Assembly (NCBI GenBank): GCA_020161455.1
Contig: JAIUNZ010000002.1
Location: forward strand, 131,091 to 195,090
Reading direction: 5' to 3'
From: Bacteroidota bacterium
GTDB taxonomy: Bacteria; Bacteroidota; Bacteroidia; Flavobacteriales; Flavobacteriaceae
DNA length: 64,000 bases
This document shows positions 35,521 through 45,228 of the stretch, piece after piece. Under the pieces are notes generated by a model, which made no database searches, had not been told where the DNA came from, and saw nothing but the letters and a program-made list of their open reading frames with translations. Each line of letters opens with the position of its first letter. The stretch's first letter is position 1. The translations under genes were made by a program, and so were the position numbers.

Positions 35521-37392
35521 ATGTTTTTAGAAAAATATGATGTTATAGTTGTTGGTGCTGGTCATGCTGGTTGCGAAGCTGCTGCTTCAGCGGCCAATAT
35601 GGGTTGTTCAACGCTTTTGGTTACTATGAGTTTGCAAAATATTGCGCAAATGTCATGCAATCCAGCCATGGGTGGAATTGCAAAAGGGCAAATTGTGCGC
35701 GAAATTGATGCGCTAGGCGGTTATTCCGGAATTATCTCTGATAATACAGCGGTTCAATTTAAAATGCTTAATAAATCAAAAGGTCCAGCCATGTGGTCAC
35801 CAAGAGTACAGAGTGATAGAATGCGTTTTGCTGAAGAGTGGCGTTTGCGATTAGAACAAACACCTAATGTTGATTTTTATCAAGAAATGGTAAAAGGTTT
35901 GTTGATTAAGAATAATAAAATTGAAGGTGTTGTTACTTCACTTGGAATTGAAATAAAAGCAAAGACAGTTATTTTAACCAACGGAACTTTTCTAAATGGA
36001 TTAATTCACATTGGTGACAAACAGTTTGGCGGAGGAAGAGCTGGCGAAAGTGCAGCTTTTGGTATTACTGATGATTTAGTAAAAGCGGGTTTTGAAGCAG
36101 GCAGAATGAAAACGGGAACACCACCAAGAGTTGATGGTCGTTCACTTGATTATACTAAAATGCGTGAAGAACCTGGTGATGATAAACCAGCTAAATTCTC
36201 GTATTCAGACGAGACAAAACCCTTAACGAATCAAAAATTATGTCACATGACTTACACTTCATTAGAAGTACATGATATTTTGAGAGAAGGTTTTGAGCGA
36301 TCGCCAATGTTTAATGGAAGAATAAAGAGTATCGGTCCAAGATATTGTCCTTCTATTGAAGATAAAATTAATCGATTTGCTGACAAAGAAAGACATCAAC
36401 TGTTTGTAGAACCCGAAGGTTGGAATACTGTTGAAGTATATGTAAATGGATTTTCAACATCTTTGCCTGAAGATATTCAATTTAAAGCATTGCGTTCTGT
36501 AGCAGGTTTTGAAAAAGTTAAATTTTTCCGTCCAGGGTATGCTATTGAATACGATTATTTTCCACCAACACAATTAAAGCACACGTTAGAGACCAAATTG
36601 GTAGAAGGTTTGTATTTTGCTGGTCAAATTAACGGAACTACAGGTTATGAAGAAGCCGCTTCTCAAGGATTAATGGCTGGAATTAACGCAGCACTTAAAG
36701 TAAAAGAAGAACAACCTTTAATATTGCGTAGAGATGAAGCTTATATTGGTGTTCTGATAGATGATTTAATTACAAAAGGAACTGAAGAACCTTATAGAAT
36801 GTTCACTTCTCGAGCAGAATATCGTACTTTGTTGCGTCAAGACAATGCCGATTACCGATTGACTCCTAAAGGCTATGAAATTGGTTTAGCATCTGAAAAA
36901 CAGCTTCGTAGAATGGAATATAAATTCAATGAAAGTGAAAAAATGGTTGATTTTTTCAAAGAAACGAGCATTTCTCCAGAAGAAGCCAATCCAATATTAA
37001 TTGAAAAAGGAAGTTCTACGATGTCACAATCGGATAAGATGTTTAAAGTTTTTTCAAGACCACAGATTGAGTTGGAAGATTTCATCCGTTTTGATAAGGT
37101 TAAAAATTATATTAATGATAATAATCTTGATGATGAAATTGTTGAGCAAGCAGAAATTCAAGTAAAATATTCAGGATATATTGAAAAAGAACGCAACAAT
37201 GCTGAGAAATTAATTCGTTTGGAAGACATTAAAATTCCAGAAAATTTCGATTATAATAAAATCAAATCCATGTCAATTGAAGCTAAACAAAAATTGTCCA
37301 AAATCAGACCAATAACTATTTCTCAAGCCTCAAGAATCAGCGGTGTTTCTCCTGCTGATGTATCTGTTTTATTAATACACATGGGTAGGTAG
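35521..37392 (+). CDS. mnmG: tRNA uridine-5-carboxymethylaminomethyl(34) synthesis enzyme MnmG (GidA)
   Basis: YDVIVVGAGHAGCEAA FAD motif, SCNPAMGGIAKGQ and GPRYCPSIEDK. 623 aa. Confidence 0.96.
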   Translation: MFLEKYDVIVVGAGHAGCEAAASAANMGCSTLLVTMSLQNIAQMSCNPAMGGIAKGQIVREIDALGGYSGIISDNTAVQFKMLNKSKGPAMWSPRVQSDRMRFAEEWRLRLEQTPNVDFYQEMVKGLLIKNNKIEGVVTSLGIEIKAKTVILTNGTFLNGLIHIGDKQFGGGRAGESAAFGITDDLVKAGFEAGRMKTGTPPRVDGRSLDYTKMREEPGDDKPAKFSYSDETKPLTNQKLCHMTYTSLEVHDILREGFERSPMFNGRIKSIGPRYCPSIEDKINRFADKERHQLFVEPEGWNTVEVYVNGFSTSLPEDIQFKALRSVAGFEKVKFFRPGYAIEYDYFPPTQLKHTLETKLVEGLYFAGQINGTTGYEEAASQGLMAGINAALKVKEEQPLILRRDEAYIGVLIDDLITKGTEEPYRMFTSRAEYRTLLRQDNADYRLTPKGYEIGLASEKQLRRMEYKFNESEKMVDFFKETSISPEEANPILIEKGSSTMSQSDKMFKVFSRPQIELEDFIRFDKVKNYINDNNLDDEIVEQAEIQVKYSGYIEKERNNAEKLIRLEDIKIPENFDYNKIKSMSIEAKQKLSKIRPITISQASRISGVSPADVSVLLIHMGR

Positions 37393-37508
37393 AGATATTA
37401 GACTGTAGATTTTTGATTTGTGTAAATTAAAACGAGGAGTTTAATTTATTTTAAGTGAATTTTTCGTTGTATATGAATATAAAGTGAAATAAAATCTAAA
37501 ATATAAAT

Positions 37509-37522
37509 GTTCCACGTGAAAC
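37509..37522 (+). promoter_or_regulatory. GTTCCACGTGAAAC motif, copy 3
   Basis: An exact 14-mer, with 33 nt between it and the ATG at 37556. Confidence 0.5.
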
Positions 37523-37555
37523 TAACTTTCAAAAAGCCTATAAATAAAGACATCA

Positions 37556-38398
37556 ATGAGTTTTCATAACAATATTTTTTATCAAAAAACAAAAGACTAT
37601 TCTGTTTCAAAAGAAGTTTTTGACTTGCATCACAATCCAGAATTTGATATGTTAATGACGTTTCCCAAACCAAGTTTGGAAGCGTTACCACGTTATTATG
37701 AAAGTGAAGATTATATTTCGCATACCGATGGAAAACGTTCTTTGTTTGAGAAAGTGTATCAAATTGTAAAAGGAATTGCACTTCGGAAAAAACTAAAGCT
37801 AATCAATACAATTTCAGAAAAAGGGAAGCTTCTAGATATTGGTGCTGGAACTGGAGATTTTCTATCAGTAGCCAAAAAGGACAATTGGAACGTTATTGGA
37901 ATTGAACCCAACGAAAAAGCAAAATCAATTGCCACCTCAAAAGGAGTTTCTTTGGCAAACGATTTAAAAACTTTGGATAATAACTCATTTGATGTCATCA
38001 CCATGTGGCATGTTTTAGAGCATGTGCCAAATCTAGAAGAGTATATTTCAGAACTGAAACGATTAATTAAACCTACAGGTACCATTATTATTGCTGTTCC
38101 AAATTTTAAATCTTTTGATGCCAATTATTATCAAGAATATTGGGCGGCTTATGATGTTCCAAGACATCTATGGCATTTTTCAAAAACTGCCATCCAAAAG
38201 CTTTTTGCAAAGCAAGAATTAAATTTGGTTGATGTTTTACCAATGAAATTTGATAGTTATTATGTGAGTTTACTATCCGAAAAATATAAAAATGGAAAAA
38301 TGAATTTCCTCAATGCATTATGGATAGGATGGAAGTCTAACCAATATGGAAAACGGAAAAATGAGTTTTCTTCTCACATTTACATTATAAAAAATTAA
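37556..38398 (+). CDS. Class I SAM-dependent methyltransferase
   Basis: The SAM motif LLDIGAGTGDF and DVITMWHVLEHVPN, typical of the Methyltransf_11/23 type. Confidence 0.8.
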   Translation: MSFHNNIFYQKTKDYSVSKEVFDLHHNPEFDMLMTFPKPSLEALPRYYESEDYISHTDGKRSLFEKVYQIVKGIALRKKLKLINTISEKGKLLDIGAGTGDFLSVAKKDNWNVIGIEPNEKAKSIATSKGVSLANDLKTLDNNSFDVITMWHVLEHVPNLEEYISELKRLIKPTGTIIIAVPNFKSFDANYYQEYWAAYDVPRHLWHFSKTAIQKLFAKQELNLVDVLPMKFDSYYVSLLSEKYKNGKMNFLNALWIGWKSNQYGKRKNEFSSHIYIIKN

Positions 38399-38533
38399 TA
38401 ATTAAAAAAAACAAACTTATAAGTATTAATTATAGCAATATATAAAGCTATAAGATTTTACAATAGGTTAAATAACGAACAGAAAATGAAATTTATTTTT
38501 TACTTTTGGAATCTTATAAATATTAAATCAAAA

Positions 38534-39121
38534 ATGAAAAAATCACTTATCGTTTTAGCAATAGTTTTTACTTTTATTGCTTGTGAAAAAACAACTCAGA
38601 CTAAAGAATTTAAAACGGCTTATATTGATACCGCTAAGCTTATGGACGAAAGCATAGAGGGAAAAGATGTAGAAGCAAAATATAAAGAAAAAGCTAAAGT
38701 TATGGGCAGCCAATTGGATGCAGAAGTTGCACGTTGGAAAGACGAAGCTGCCAATTTTCAAAAAAATGCTCAAGCCAACGGACAAGCTTGGGCACAACAA
38801 AAAGGTGCTGAATTGCAAAAAAGAGAACAACAAATTTCGTATGCTCAAGACGGAATGTTACGCCAATTGCAACAAGAAAGTGGTGTTGAAATGGATTCTT
38901 TAGTGAAATCGTACAAAAAAATCATCAAAGAATATGGTAAAGAAAAAGGCTTTGATTACATTTATGGAACTGGAGAAGCAAACTCAGTTTTATACGCCAA
39001 GGACCAATATGATATTACCAAAGAAATTATCAAAATGGTGAATGATAAATACAAAGCAGCTGATAAAAAAGAGGTTAAAGCTGATGATAAATCGGAAGCA
39101 AAAAAAGCTGACAAAAAATAA
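38534..39121 (+). CDS. OmpH/Skp-family periplasmic chaperone (lipoprotein-like N-terminus)
   Basis: MKKSLIVLAIVFTFIAC, followed by a coiled coil and a K-rich tail typical of OmpH. I prefer the ATG at 38534. Confidence 0.75.
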   Translation: MKKSLIVLAIVFTFIACEKTTQTKEFKTAYIDTAKLMDESIEGKDVEAKYKEKAKVMGSQLDAEVARWKDEAANFQKNAQANGQAWAQQKGAELQKREQQISYAQDGMLRQLQQESGVEMDSLVKSYKKIIKEYGKEKGFDYIYGTGEANSVLYAKDQYDITKEIIKMVNDKYKAADKKEVKADDKSEAKKADKK

Positions 39122-39143
39122 TATTATACCAGTTTTTACAATT

Positions 39144-39176
39144 AAAATGCCTTTTATAACGAAAGGCATTTTTTTA
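39144..39176 (+). terminator. Intrinsic terminator after ompH
   Basis: AAAATGCCTTT-tataacg-AAAGGCATTTT followed by a T-run. Confidence 0.85.
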
Positions 39177-39199
39177 TTGTTTGTTGAAATACAAAGTTT

Positions 39200-39207
39200 T
39201 ATATTTG
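39200..39207 (+). promoter_or_regulatory. Bacteroidota -7 box (TATATTTG) for the helicase gene
   Basis: It matches TAnnTTTG, with 23 nt between it and the ATG at 39231. A TTTG at 39180-39183 is a possible -33 element. Confidence 0.45.
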
Positions 39208-39230
39208 TTTTTCTTTAATATACCTGCCAA

Positions 39231-41504
39231 ATGGAAACGCTATCTGCCGAAGCAAATTACGTCTTGCAATTTATCAACCAAACCAACCGTTCGATTTTCC
39301 TAACAGGAAAAGCCGGAACAGGAAAAACAACACTTCTCAAAGAAATCATCAATTCTACACACAAAAATTGTGTGGTCGTTGCGCCAACTGGAATTGCAGC
39401 TTTAAATGCAGGCGGCGTAACAATTCATTCCTTGTTTCAGCTACCTTTTGGTGGGTTTATTCCAGATAGTTCCGCTAATGCACATTTTTCAAGCCAGATA
39501 AAGTTTGAAACGAAAGCTACACTAAACCGTCATTTTAAAATGAGTGCTTCAAAAAAAGCAGTAATCCAAAATATGGAATTGCTAATTATTGACGAAGTAA
39601 GTATGTTGAGAGCAGATTTGTTGGATGCCATTGATTATATGCTCCAAAGTGTTCGAAGAAAAAAACAAGCTTTTGGTGGTGTTCAAGTTCTTTTTATTGG
39701 TGATTTATTACAACTTCCTCCTATAATTCGAGAGGAAGAATGGAAAACTTTACGCAACTATTATTCAGGAAAATTCTTTTTTCATTCGCATGTAGTTCAA
39801 ACTAATCCGCCGTTATATGTGGAGCTATCTAAAATATTCAGACAAACGGATGAAATTTTTATTGATTTGCTTAATAACTTAAGAAACAACACTATAACTT
39901 CTAAGAATATTTCTTTTTTAAATCAATTTGTACAACCAAATTTTAATTTGAAAGCCAATAAAGGATACATCACATTGACCACGCATAACGCTAAAGCAGA
40001 TGCTATAAACGAACAATCGTTAAAAGATTTGGAAGGCACTTCTGTAAAGTTTAAAGCAAATATAGTTGACGATTTTCCAGATAAAATTTTCCCTTTAGAA
40101 GAATATTTAGAACTTAAAGTTGGAGCACAAATTATGTTCATCAAAAATGATTTGTCATTTGAGAAAAATTATTTTAATGGAAAAATGGGTTTTATAAAAT
40201 CATTATCCAACGATGAAATTTGGGTTCATTTTCCTGATGAAAATAAAACAATTGAAGTGGAACGCTATGAATGGCAAAATATTAGGTATTTCGTAAATGA
40301 CAATACCAAAGAAATTGAAGAAGAAGTTTTAGGAACTTTTGTGCATTTTCCAATCAAATTAGCTTGGGCAATTACGGTTCATAAAAGCCAAGGATTAACA
40401 TTTGACAAAGCAGCACTTGATGTATCACAAGTTTTTCTTCCCGGACAGGCCTATGTAGCACTTTCGCGTTTACGTTCGCTAAATGGCTTGATTCTGTTAT
40501 CTCCAATTCAAATGAATGGTATTTCAAACGATGACGATGTGATGAATTATTCTGCAAATAAAGCATCTACTGATGTTTTACAAAGTGAACTGCAAAAACA
40601 AACCAAATTATTTCTTCATCACTATTTAAAAAACAGTTTTGATTGGACCGAACTTGCACAAGAATGGCGCAATCATAAGTTTAGCTATTTAGACAGCGAT
40701 TTATCTGCAAAATCAAAACACAAAAATTGGGCAGATGAACAACTTGATTTTTGTGAAGCTTTGCTTGATCCAGCAAAAAAATTTAGGTCGCAATTAGATA
40801 AAATTTTCAACGATGATAAAGTTGATTTTAAATTCATAAATGAAAGAATTCAAGCAGCTTATGGTTATTTTTTTGAAAAAATAGATACTTTAGAATATCA
40901 AATTTTATATAAAATAGAAGAAATTAAGCGCATTAAACAAGTCAAACAGTTTTATCAAGAGTTACAGGTTATAGAAGAACTGCAAACTAATGCTGTTTTA
41001 CGATTAATGAAAGCTAAAAAGCTGATTGAAAATGTTATGAACGAAACCATTTTGGACAAGCAAAGTTTAAATTCGTCGGAAATAAAAAATTATAAAAGAA
41101 TTAAAACAGAACGTGTCATTGAAGATTTTAAAAAGAAAAACATCAATTTAATCGAAGAACAAGAAGACGTAAGTTACTATCAACCCAAAAAAAAGAAGTC
41201 TGAAAAAGAAGCAAAAAAACCAACGACTCAAATTACTTATGAACTTTGGGTTGATAAAAATTCGATTGAAGAAATCGCTTTAATTCGCAAGTTAACAGTT
41301 GGAACAATTTTGACACATTTTACAAAACTAGTTCAAGATAAAGCCGTTGCAATCAATGATGTTTTACCCGAAGACAAGCTGAAAAGTTTATCAAAACTAT
41401 TTGAGAATTATAATGAAGAAACTTTAAATACTATGAAAGAACAAGTTGGAGAAGATTTTTCATGGAATGAATTACGATTGTTTAAAGCAAGTTTGAATGT
41501 TTAA
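39231..41504 (+). CDS. Pif1/RecD-like SF1 DNA helicase with a C-terminal HTH-type extension
   Basis: Walker A GKAGTGKTT, LIIDEVSMLRADLLD, VLFIGDLLQLPPI and AITVHKSQGLTFD. 757 aa. Confidence 0.85.
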   Translation: METLSAEANYVLQFINQTNRSIFLTGKAGTGKTTLLKEIINSTHKNCVVVAPTGIAALNAGGVTIHSLFQLPFGGFIPDSSANAHFSSQIKFETKATLNRHFKMSASKKAVIQNMELLIIDEVSMLRADLLDAIDYMLQSVRRKKQAFGGVQVLFIGDLLQLPPIIREEEWKTLRNYYSGKFFFHSHVVQTNPPLYVELSKIFRQTDEIFIDLLNNLRNNTITSKNISFLNQFVQPNFNLKANKGYITLTTHNAKADAINEQSLKDLEGTSVKFKANIVDDFPDKIFPLEEYLELKVGAQIMFIKNDLSFEKNYFNGKMGFIKSLSNDEIWVHFPDENKTIEVERYEWQNIRYFVNDNTKEIEEEVLGTFVHFPIKLAWAITVHKSQGLTFDKAALDVSQVFLPGQAYVALSRLRSLNGLILLSPIQMNGISNDDDVMNYSANKASTDVLQSELQKQTKLFLHHYLKNSFDWTELAQEWRNHKFSYLDSDLSAKSKHKNWADEQLDFCEALLDPAKKFRSQLDKIFNDDKVDFKFINERIQAAYGYFFEKIDTLEYQILYKIEEIKRIKQVKQFYQELQVIEELQTNAVLRLMKAKKLIENVMNETILDKQSLNSSEIKNYKRIKTERVIEDFKKKNINLIEEQEDVSYYQPKKKKSEKEAKKPTTQITYELWVDKNSIEEIALIRKLTVGTILTHFTKLVQDKAVAINDVLPEDKLKSLSKLFENYNEETLNTMKEQVGEDFSWNELRLFKASLNV

Positions 41505-41887
41505 TTTAACCAATAAACCGCTAAAACCGAAGGTATAAAATAAATAGCAATCGTTCTTGCACCGTCATAATCTTTTGCCAGCCTTTGACCAAACAGCATC
41601 AATATTAAAGTAATTGACGATAAAACAGCACCATAAAAACCAAAAGTCCTTCCGCCATTAATTAGTAATTGAGCGCAACCAACAAGCGTTAAAATTCCAG
41701 TACAAAGTTCAAGAAACACTAATAAAACAATAGATTGTGCAACATAATTTTTTAAAATACTTGTTTTTGAAAAATGAACTTTAAGAAATTCAACGTTTGC
41801 TTTCCAATCAAAAATTTTATCATACGCTGATTGAATGAAAGTTATAGCCAAAAAAACTAAAATTAGTAGCGAAGCAGGATTGTTCAT
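41501..41887 (-). CDS. DoxX-family small membrane protein
   Basis: 128 aa with 4 TM segments. The assignment rests on size and topology only, since I see no specific motif. Confidence 0.5.
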   Translation of the reverse strand: MNNPASLLILVFLAITFIQSAYDKIFDWKANVEFLKVHFSKTSILKNYVAQSIVLLVFLELCTGILTLVGCAQLLINGGRTFGFYGAVLSSITLILMLFGQRLAKDYDGARTIAIYFIPSVLAVYWLN

Positions 41888-41891
41888 ATTT

Positions 41892-43040
41892 TTATTTTTT
41901 ATGGATTAGACGAGTTAATTTTATGGATAAGTCAGTCAAAACTATCTTTGCATTTCCATTCCGTTCAATCATATAAATGGCATCCGATAGTGACTCAAAA
42001 ATCTCTGAAATGTTGTTTCCAGTAACGAATGGTGCAAATTTATCAAAGGTAAAACCAGAAGTTTGTGGCTCAACATAAACCAATTCCTTGGTTTCATAAT
42101 TGTGTAACAATGCCTGTCGAAACATTACGATACAATAATTTAAAAACTGTTTTTGACTTTCACGACCAATGCTTGCAATCGAATCGCTCCAAGCAATTAA
42201 ATCATAAATTGCCGTAGCATTTCCTTTGGCTTTAAAAGCAGAACGAACCCAATGTACAAACCATTCCTCAAACGGTAATTCGTCTTCATCATGTTTCAAA
42301 AAATGCATCGCTTTATTATAATTTCCTTGAGATTGATGTGCAATTTTATCAGCTAAATTTGTTTCAACTTGAAAACGATTTACTAAAGATGCTGCAATTA
42401 TTTTTTCGGGCAATGCACCAAAATGCAATACTTGACAACGAGAACGAATGGTTTGAATAATAGCCTCTTCATCTTCGGCAATTAATAGAAAAAGTGTTTT
42501 TTCGGGTGGTTCTTCCAGCAATTTTAAAATCTTATTAGAAGCGGCAATGTTCATTTTTTCTGCCATCCAAACAATCATGATTTTATAACCACCTTCATAG
42601 GATTTTAAAGCAAGCGCCTTCAAAATATCTGTAGCATCTTCTACTCGTATTTCGCCTTGTTTGTTTTTTACACCAAGATGTTTGTACCAATCAAATAAAC
42701 TACCATAAGGATTTGCAAGTGTAAATTCTCTAAAATCAGCTAAAAAATCAGCACTTTTAGGCTTTGATTTTACTTCATCGTTGGAAGTATTTGGAAAAAT
42801 AAAATGTAGATCAGGATGCGAAAGCGATTGGAATTTCAGATTACAACTTTGGTTTCCTTCTGAATTGTCTTGGGAAGTATTTTTACACAAAACCAATTGA
42901 GCATAAGCAATTGCCATAGCCAAAGTTCCTGAGCCTTCTGGACCAACAAATAGTTGTGCATGTGGAATTCGACCTGCAACGGCACTTTTAATCAAATGAT
43001 TTTTAATGTAATCTTGTCCTATAATTTCCGTAAAATGCAT
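41892..43040 (-). CDS. holB: DNA polymerase III subunit delta-prime
   Basis: IIGQDYIKNHLIKSAVAGRIPHAQLFVGPEGSG, NKILKLLEEPPEKTLFLL and SRCQ. Confidence 0.88.
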   Translation of the reverse strand: MHFTEIIGQDYIKNHLIKSAVAGRIPHAQLFVGPEGSGTLAMAIAYAQLVLCKNTSQDNSEGNQSCNLKFQSLSHPDLHFIFPNTSNDEVKSKPKSADFLADFREFTLANPYGSLFDWYKHLGVKNKQGEIRVEDATDILKALALKSYEGGYKIMIVWMAEKMNIAASNKILKLLEEPPEKTLFLLIAEDEEAIIQTIRSRCQVLHFGALPEKIIAASLVNRFQVETNLADKIAHQSQGNYNKAMHFLKHDEDELPFEEWFVHWVRSAFKAKGNATAIYDLIAWSDSIASIGRESQKQFLNYCIVMFRQALLHNYETKELVYVEPQTSGFTFDKFAPFVTGNNISEIFESLSDAIYMIERNGNAKIVLTDLSIKLTRLIHKK

Positions 43041-43340
43041 AAAGCAAATATAAATGAATTTAGAATTGAAAAGAGTAATTTGTTCTAAAAAAAGCCATTT
43101 TATTTCATGTCAAATGGTTCTAAAAACAACACAAAAATCGATTTTTGCCGATAAAAATCGACTTTTATCGACAAAATTAAGTATAATTGCAGTGAGTTTA
43201 AGATAAAAAGTAACAGGTTAAAAACAGAAACTCACTCTTTTTTAGCAATTTATTTAATAAAATTAAAGAAACTATTTATAAATTCTTGAAAAACTATTAC
43301 TTACAAATGTCTTATAGTCAATAAATTAATGTAAATAAAG

Positions 43341-45194
43341 ATGGAAAAAAACAATCATTTATCTCTTTTAATTTTTTTACTTCTTACTATTTTTTCACAT
43401 CAGTTGTCCGCCCAATTAAACGTACCGTTTAAAGTTAGACACCAATCTTTTGTTAAAGGCGACATGACAATTATTGCTAACAATATTGTAAACAGGAAAG
43501 ATTCATTTGTCAAAGCAGTTGCTCCCTATAACAGCACCGATTATAGCGCAAAACATAACGATGAATTAAACATGGAGTATATTGATATTGACAACGACAA
43601 CTCCACTTTTTCATCTAGTAATGCTAATTTTTCGACGGAAAAAACGGCCAATTTAAAAGTGGTTTATGCTGGTTTGTATTGGTCAGCAACCTATAAGTAC
43701 AATATAGGAAAACAAAAAAGAAATCGAAAATATGTTGCCGTAGATAAAGACAGAGATGCTTTTGATGTTGTTAAATTGAAATTGCCAAGACAAGAAAAAT
43801 ACATAGACATAAAAGGAGAAATTTTATTTGATGGATTGAACGAAAATGGCTTTGAAGAAAATGCGCCATATGCTGTATATGCCGATGTTACAAAACTGCT
43901 TAGCGATCTTCAAAATCCTCAAGGGAATTACACAGTTGCCAATGTAAGAGCTACAAATGGAACTTTAAGCGGCGGCGTTTCTGCTGGTTGGACAATGATA
44001 ATTGTGTATGAAGACAAGCAAGAAACGGGTAAATTTATTACTACCTATGATGGTTTTACGGGTGTTAGCAAAGAATCATCCGATATTGATTTTAATGGAT
44101 TTCAAACCTTGCCCGAAGGAAAAGTAAATTTGAAAATTGCAGGCGCAGGATTAGAAGGCGATTTAGGATTAAAAGGTGATCAAATTTCATTCAAATCAGC
44201 CGAAAATGAAGATTTTACAATTCTAAATACTAAAGTTAGAGATTTTAATAATTTTTTCAATAGTTCCATTACTATTAACGATGAAGTGTTTGCTAAAAGA
44301 TTTCCCAACTCTCAAAATACACTTGGTTATGATTCTTTTTTAATGACGGTTTATAATCCAGACAATCAAGTTATTGGAAACAACACTACTGAAGCAAAAT
44401 TAAGATTCAAATCAACAGGCGATCGCTATTTTATGTTTTTTAGTGCTTTTAGCGTTGAAGTTTTAGAGACGGCAAAAGCTATTGACGAAATTAAACCAAA
44501 TGAACTACTAGTTGAAAACAAAACACTTCAAACAGCAACAAATACAACTTCTTTGTCAAATGCAGTTGCTTTGAATGAAACTACCGAAAATACAATTCAA
44601 AAAGAAGAAGTTAAAGAAGTAACGCAATATAAAATTACTGCTACAAAAGAAAAAGAGGAAAAAAGCCAAACTACAACAAAAACAAATGACAATGTAGTGG
44701 CAACAAAAACAGTAAAAACAACAACTAAAAAAGCTGATAAAATAAGAGTAACACCTATAGAATCTAAAAGTAGAAGTTTTCCAGGTGAAGAAAAAGGATA
44801 TTATATTATTGCGAATGTATTTGCAAAACACTCAAATGCTACTCGATTTGTGTCAAAACTTCAGTCTCTAGGAATTGAAGCGGGTTATTTCATAAACCAA
44901 GCTAACAATTATAGATATGTATATGTTAGTCACCACGAAAATTTTTCGGAAGCACAAACACTTTATTTTTCAAATATTAATGAAAAGTATTTTGGTGATT
45001 TGTGGATAATGACGGTTAACAAAGAAAATGACAAGATTGTTAAAAATAAAATTGAAAATACTACTTTTGCAAAAGATAAAGATGTGGCATTGACCATCAA
45101 AAATACTACAATTAAAAAGTTAATTAAGAGTAGCTTAAGTTTTTTTGAGGAAAGTCTAAATTATATTTGCCATTTCAAACAAAAGGAATCCTAA
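43341..45194 (+). CDS. Secreted protein with a ~370-aa beta-rich N-terminal domain, a T/K/E-rich linker and a SPOR-like domain
   Basis: Signal peptide. The SPOR-like segment is GYYIIANVFAKHSNATRFVSKLQSLGIEAGYFINQANNYRYVYVSHHENFSEAQ. Confidence 0.55.
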   Translation: MEKNNHLSLLIFLLLTIFSHQLSAQLNVPFKVRHQSFVKGDMTIIANNIVNRKDSFVKAVAPYNSTDYSAKHNDELNMEYIDIDNDNSTFSSSNANFSTEKTANLKVVYAGLYWSATYKYNIGKQKRNRKYVAVDKDRDAFDVVKLKLPRQEKYIDIKGEILFDGLNENGFEENAPYAVYADVTKLLSDLQNPQGNYTVANVRATNGTLSGGVSAGWTMIIVYEDKQETGKFITTYDGFTGVSKESSDIDFNGFQTLPEGKVNLKIAGAGLEGDLGLKGDQISFKSAENEDFTILNTKVRDFNNFFNSSITINDEVFAKRFPNSQNTLGYDSFLMTVYNPDNQVIGNNTTEAKLRFKSTGDRYFMFFSAFSVEVLETAKAIDEIKPNELLVENKTLQTATNTTSLSNAVALNETTENTIQKEEVKEVTQYKITATKEKEEKSQTTTKTNDNVVATKTVKTTTKKADKIRVTPIESKSRSFPGEEKGYYIIANVFAKHSNATRFVSKLQSLGIEAGYFINQANNYRYVYVSHHENFSEAQTLYFSNINEKYFGDLWIMTVNKENDKIVKNKIENTTFAKDKDVALTIKNTTIKKLIKSSLSFFEESLNYICHFKQKES

Positions 45195-45228
45195 ACAAAC
45201 CAATTGAAAACAACTATCCATTTTTAAT

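Noticed and set aside
37446-37781. A 111-aa minus-strand ORF
   Set aside because: It overlaps the 5' end of the well-supported SAM methyltransferase gene and the intergenic region. It has no motif and an odd composition, so it is likely spurious.
39231-41504. The Pif1-like helicase as a marker of a mobile element or defence island
   Set aside because: It has its own promoter box and the ompH terminator lies upstream. The flanking genes are housekeeping (ompH, DoxX, holB). There is no relaxase, integrase, nuclease partner or flanking repeats.
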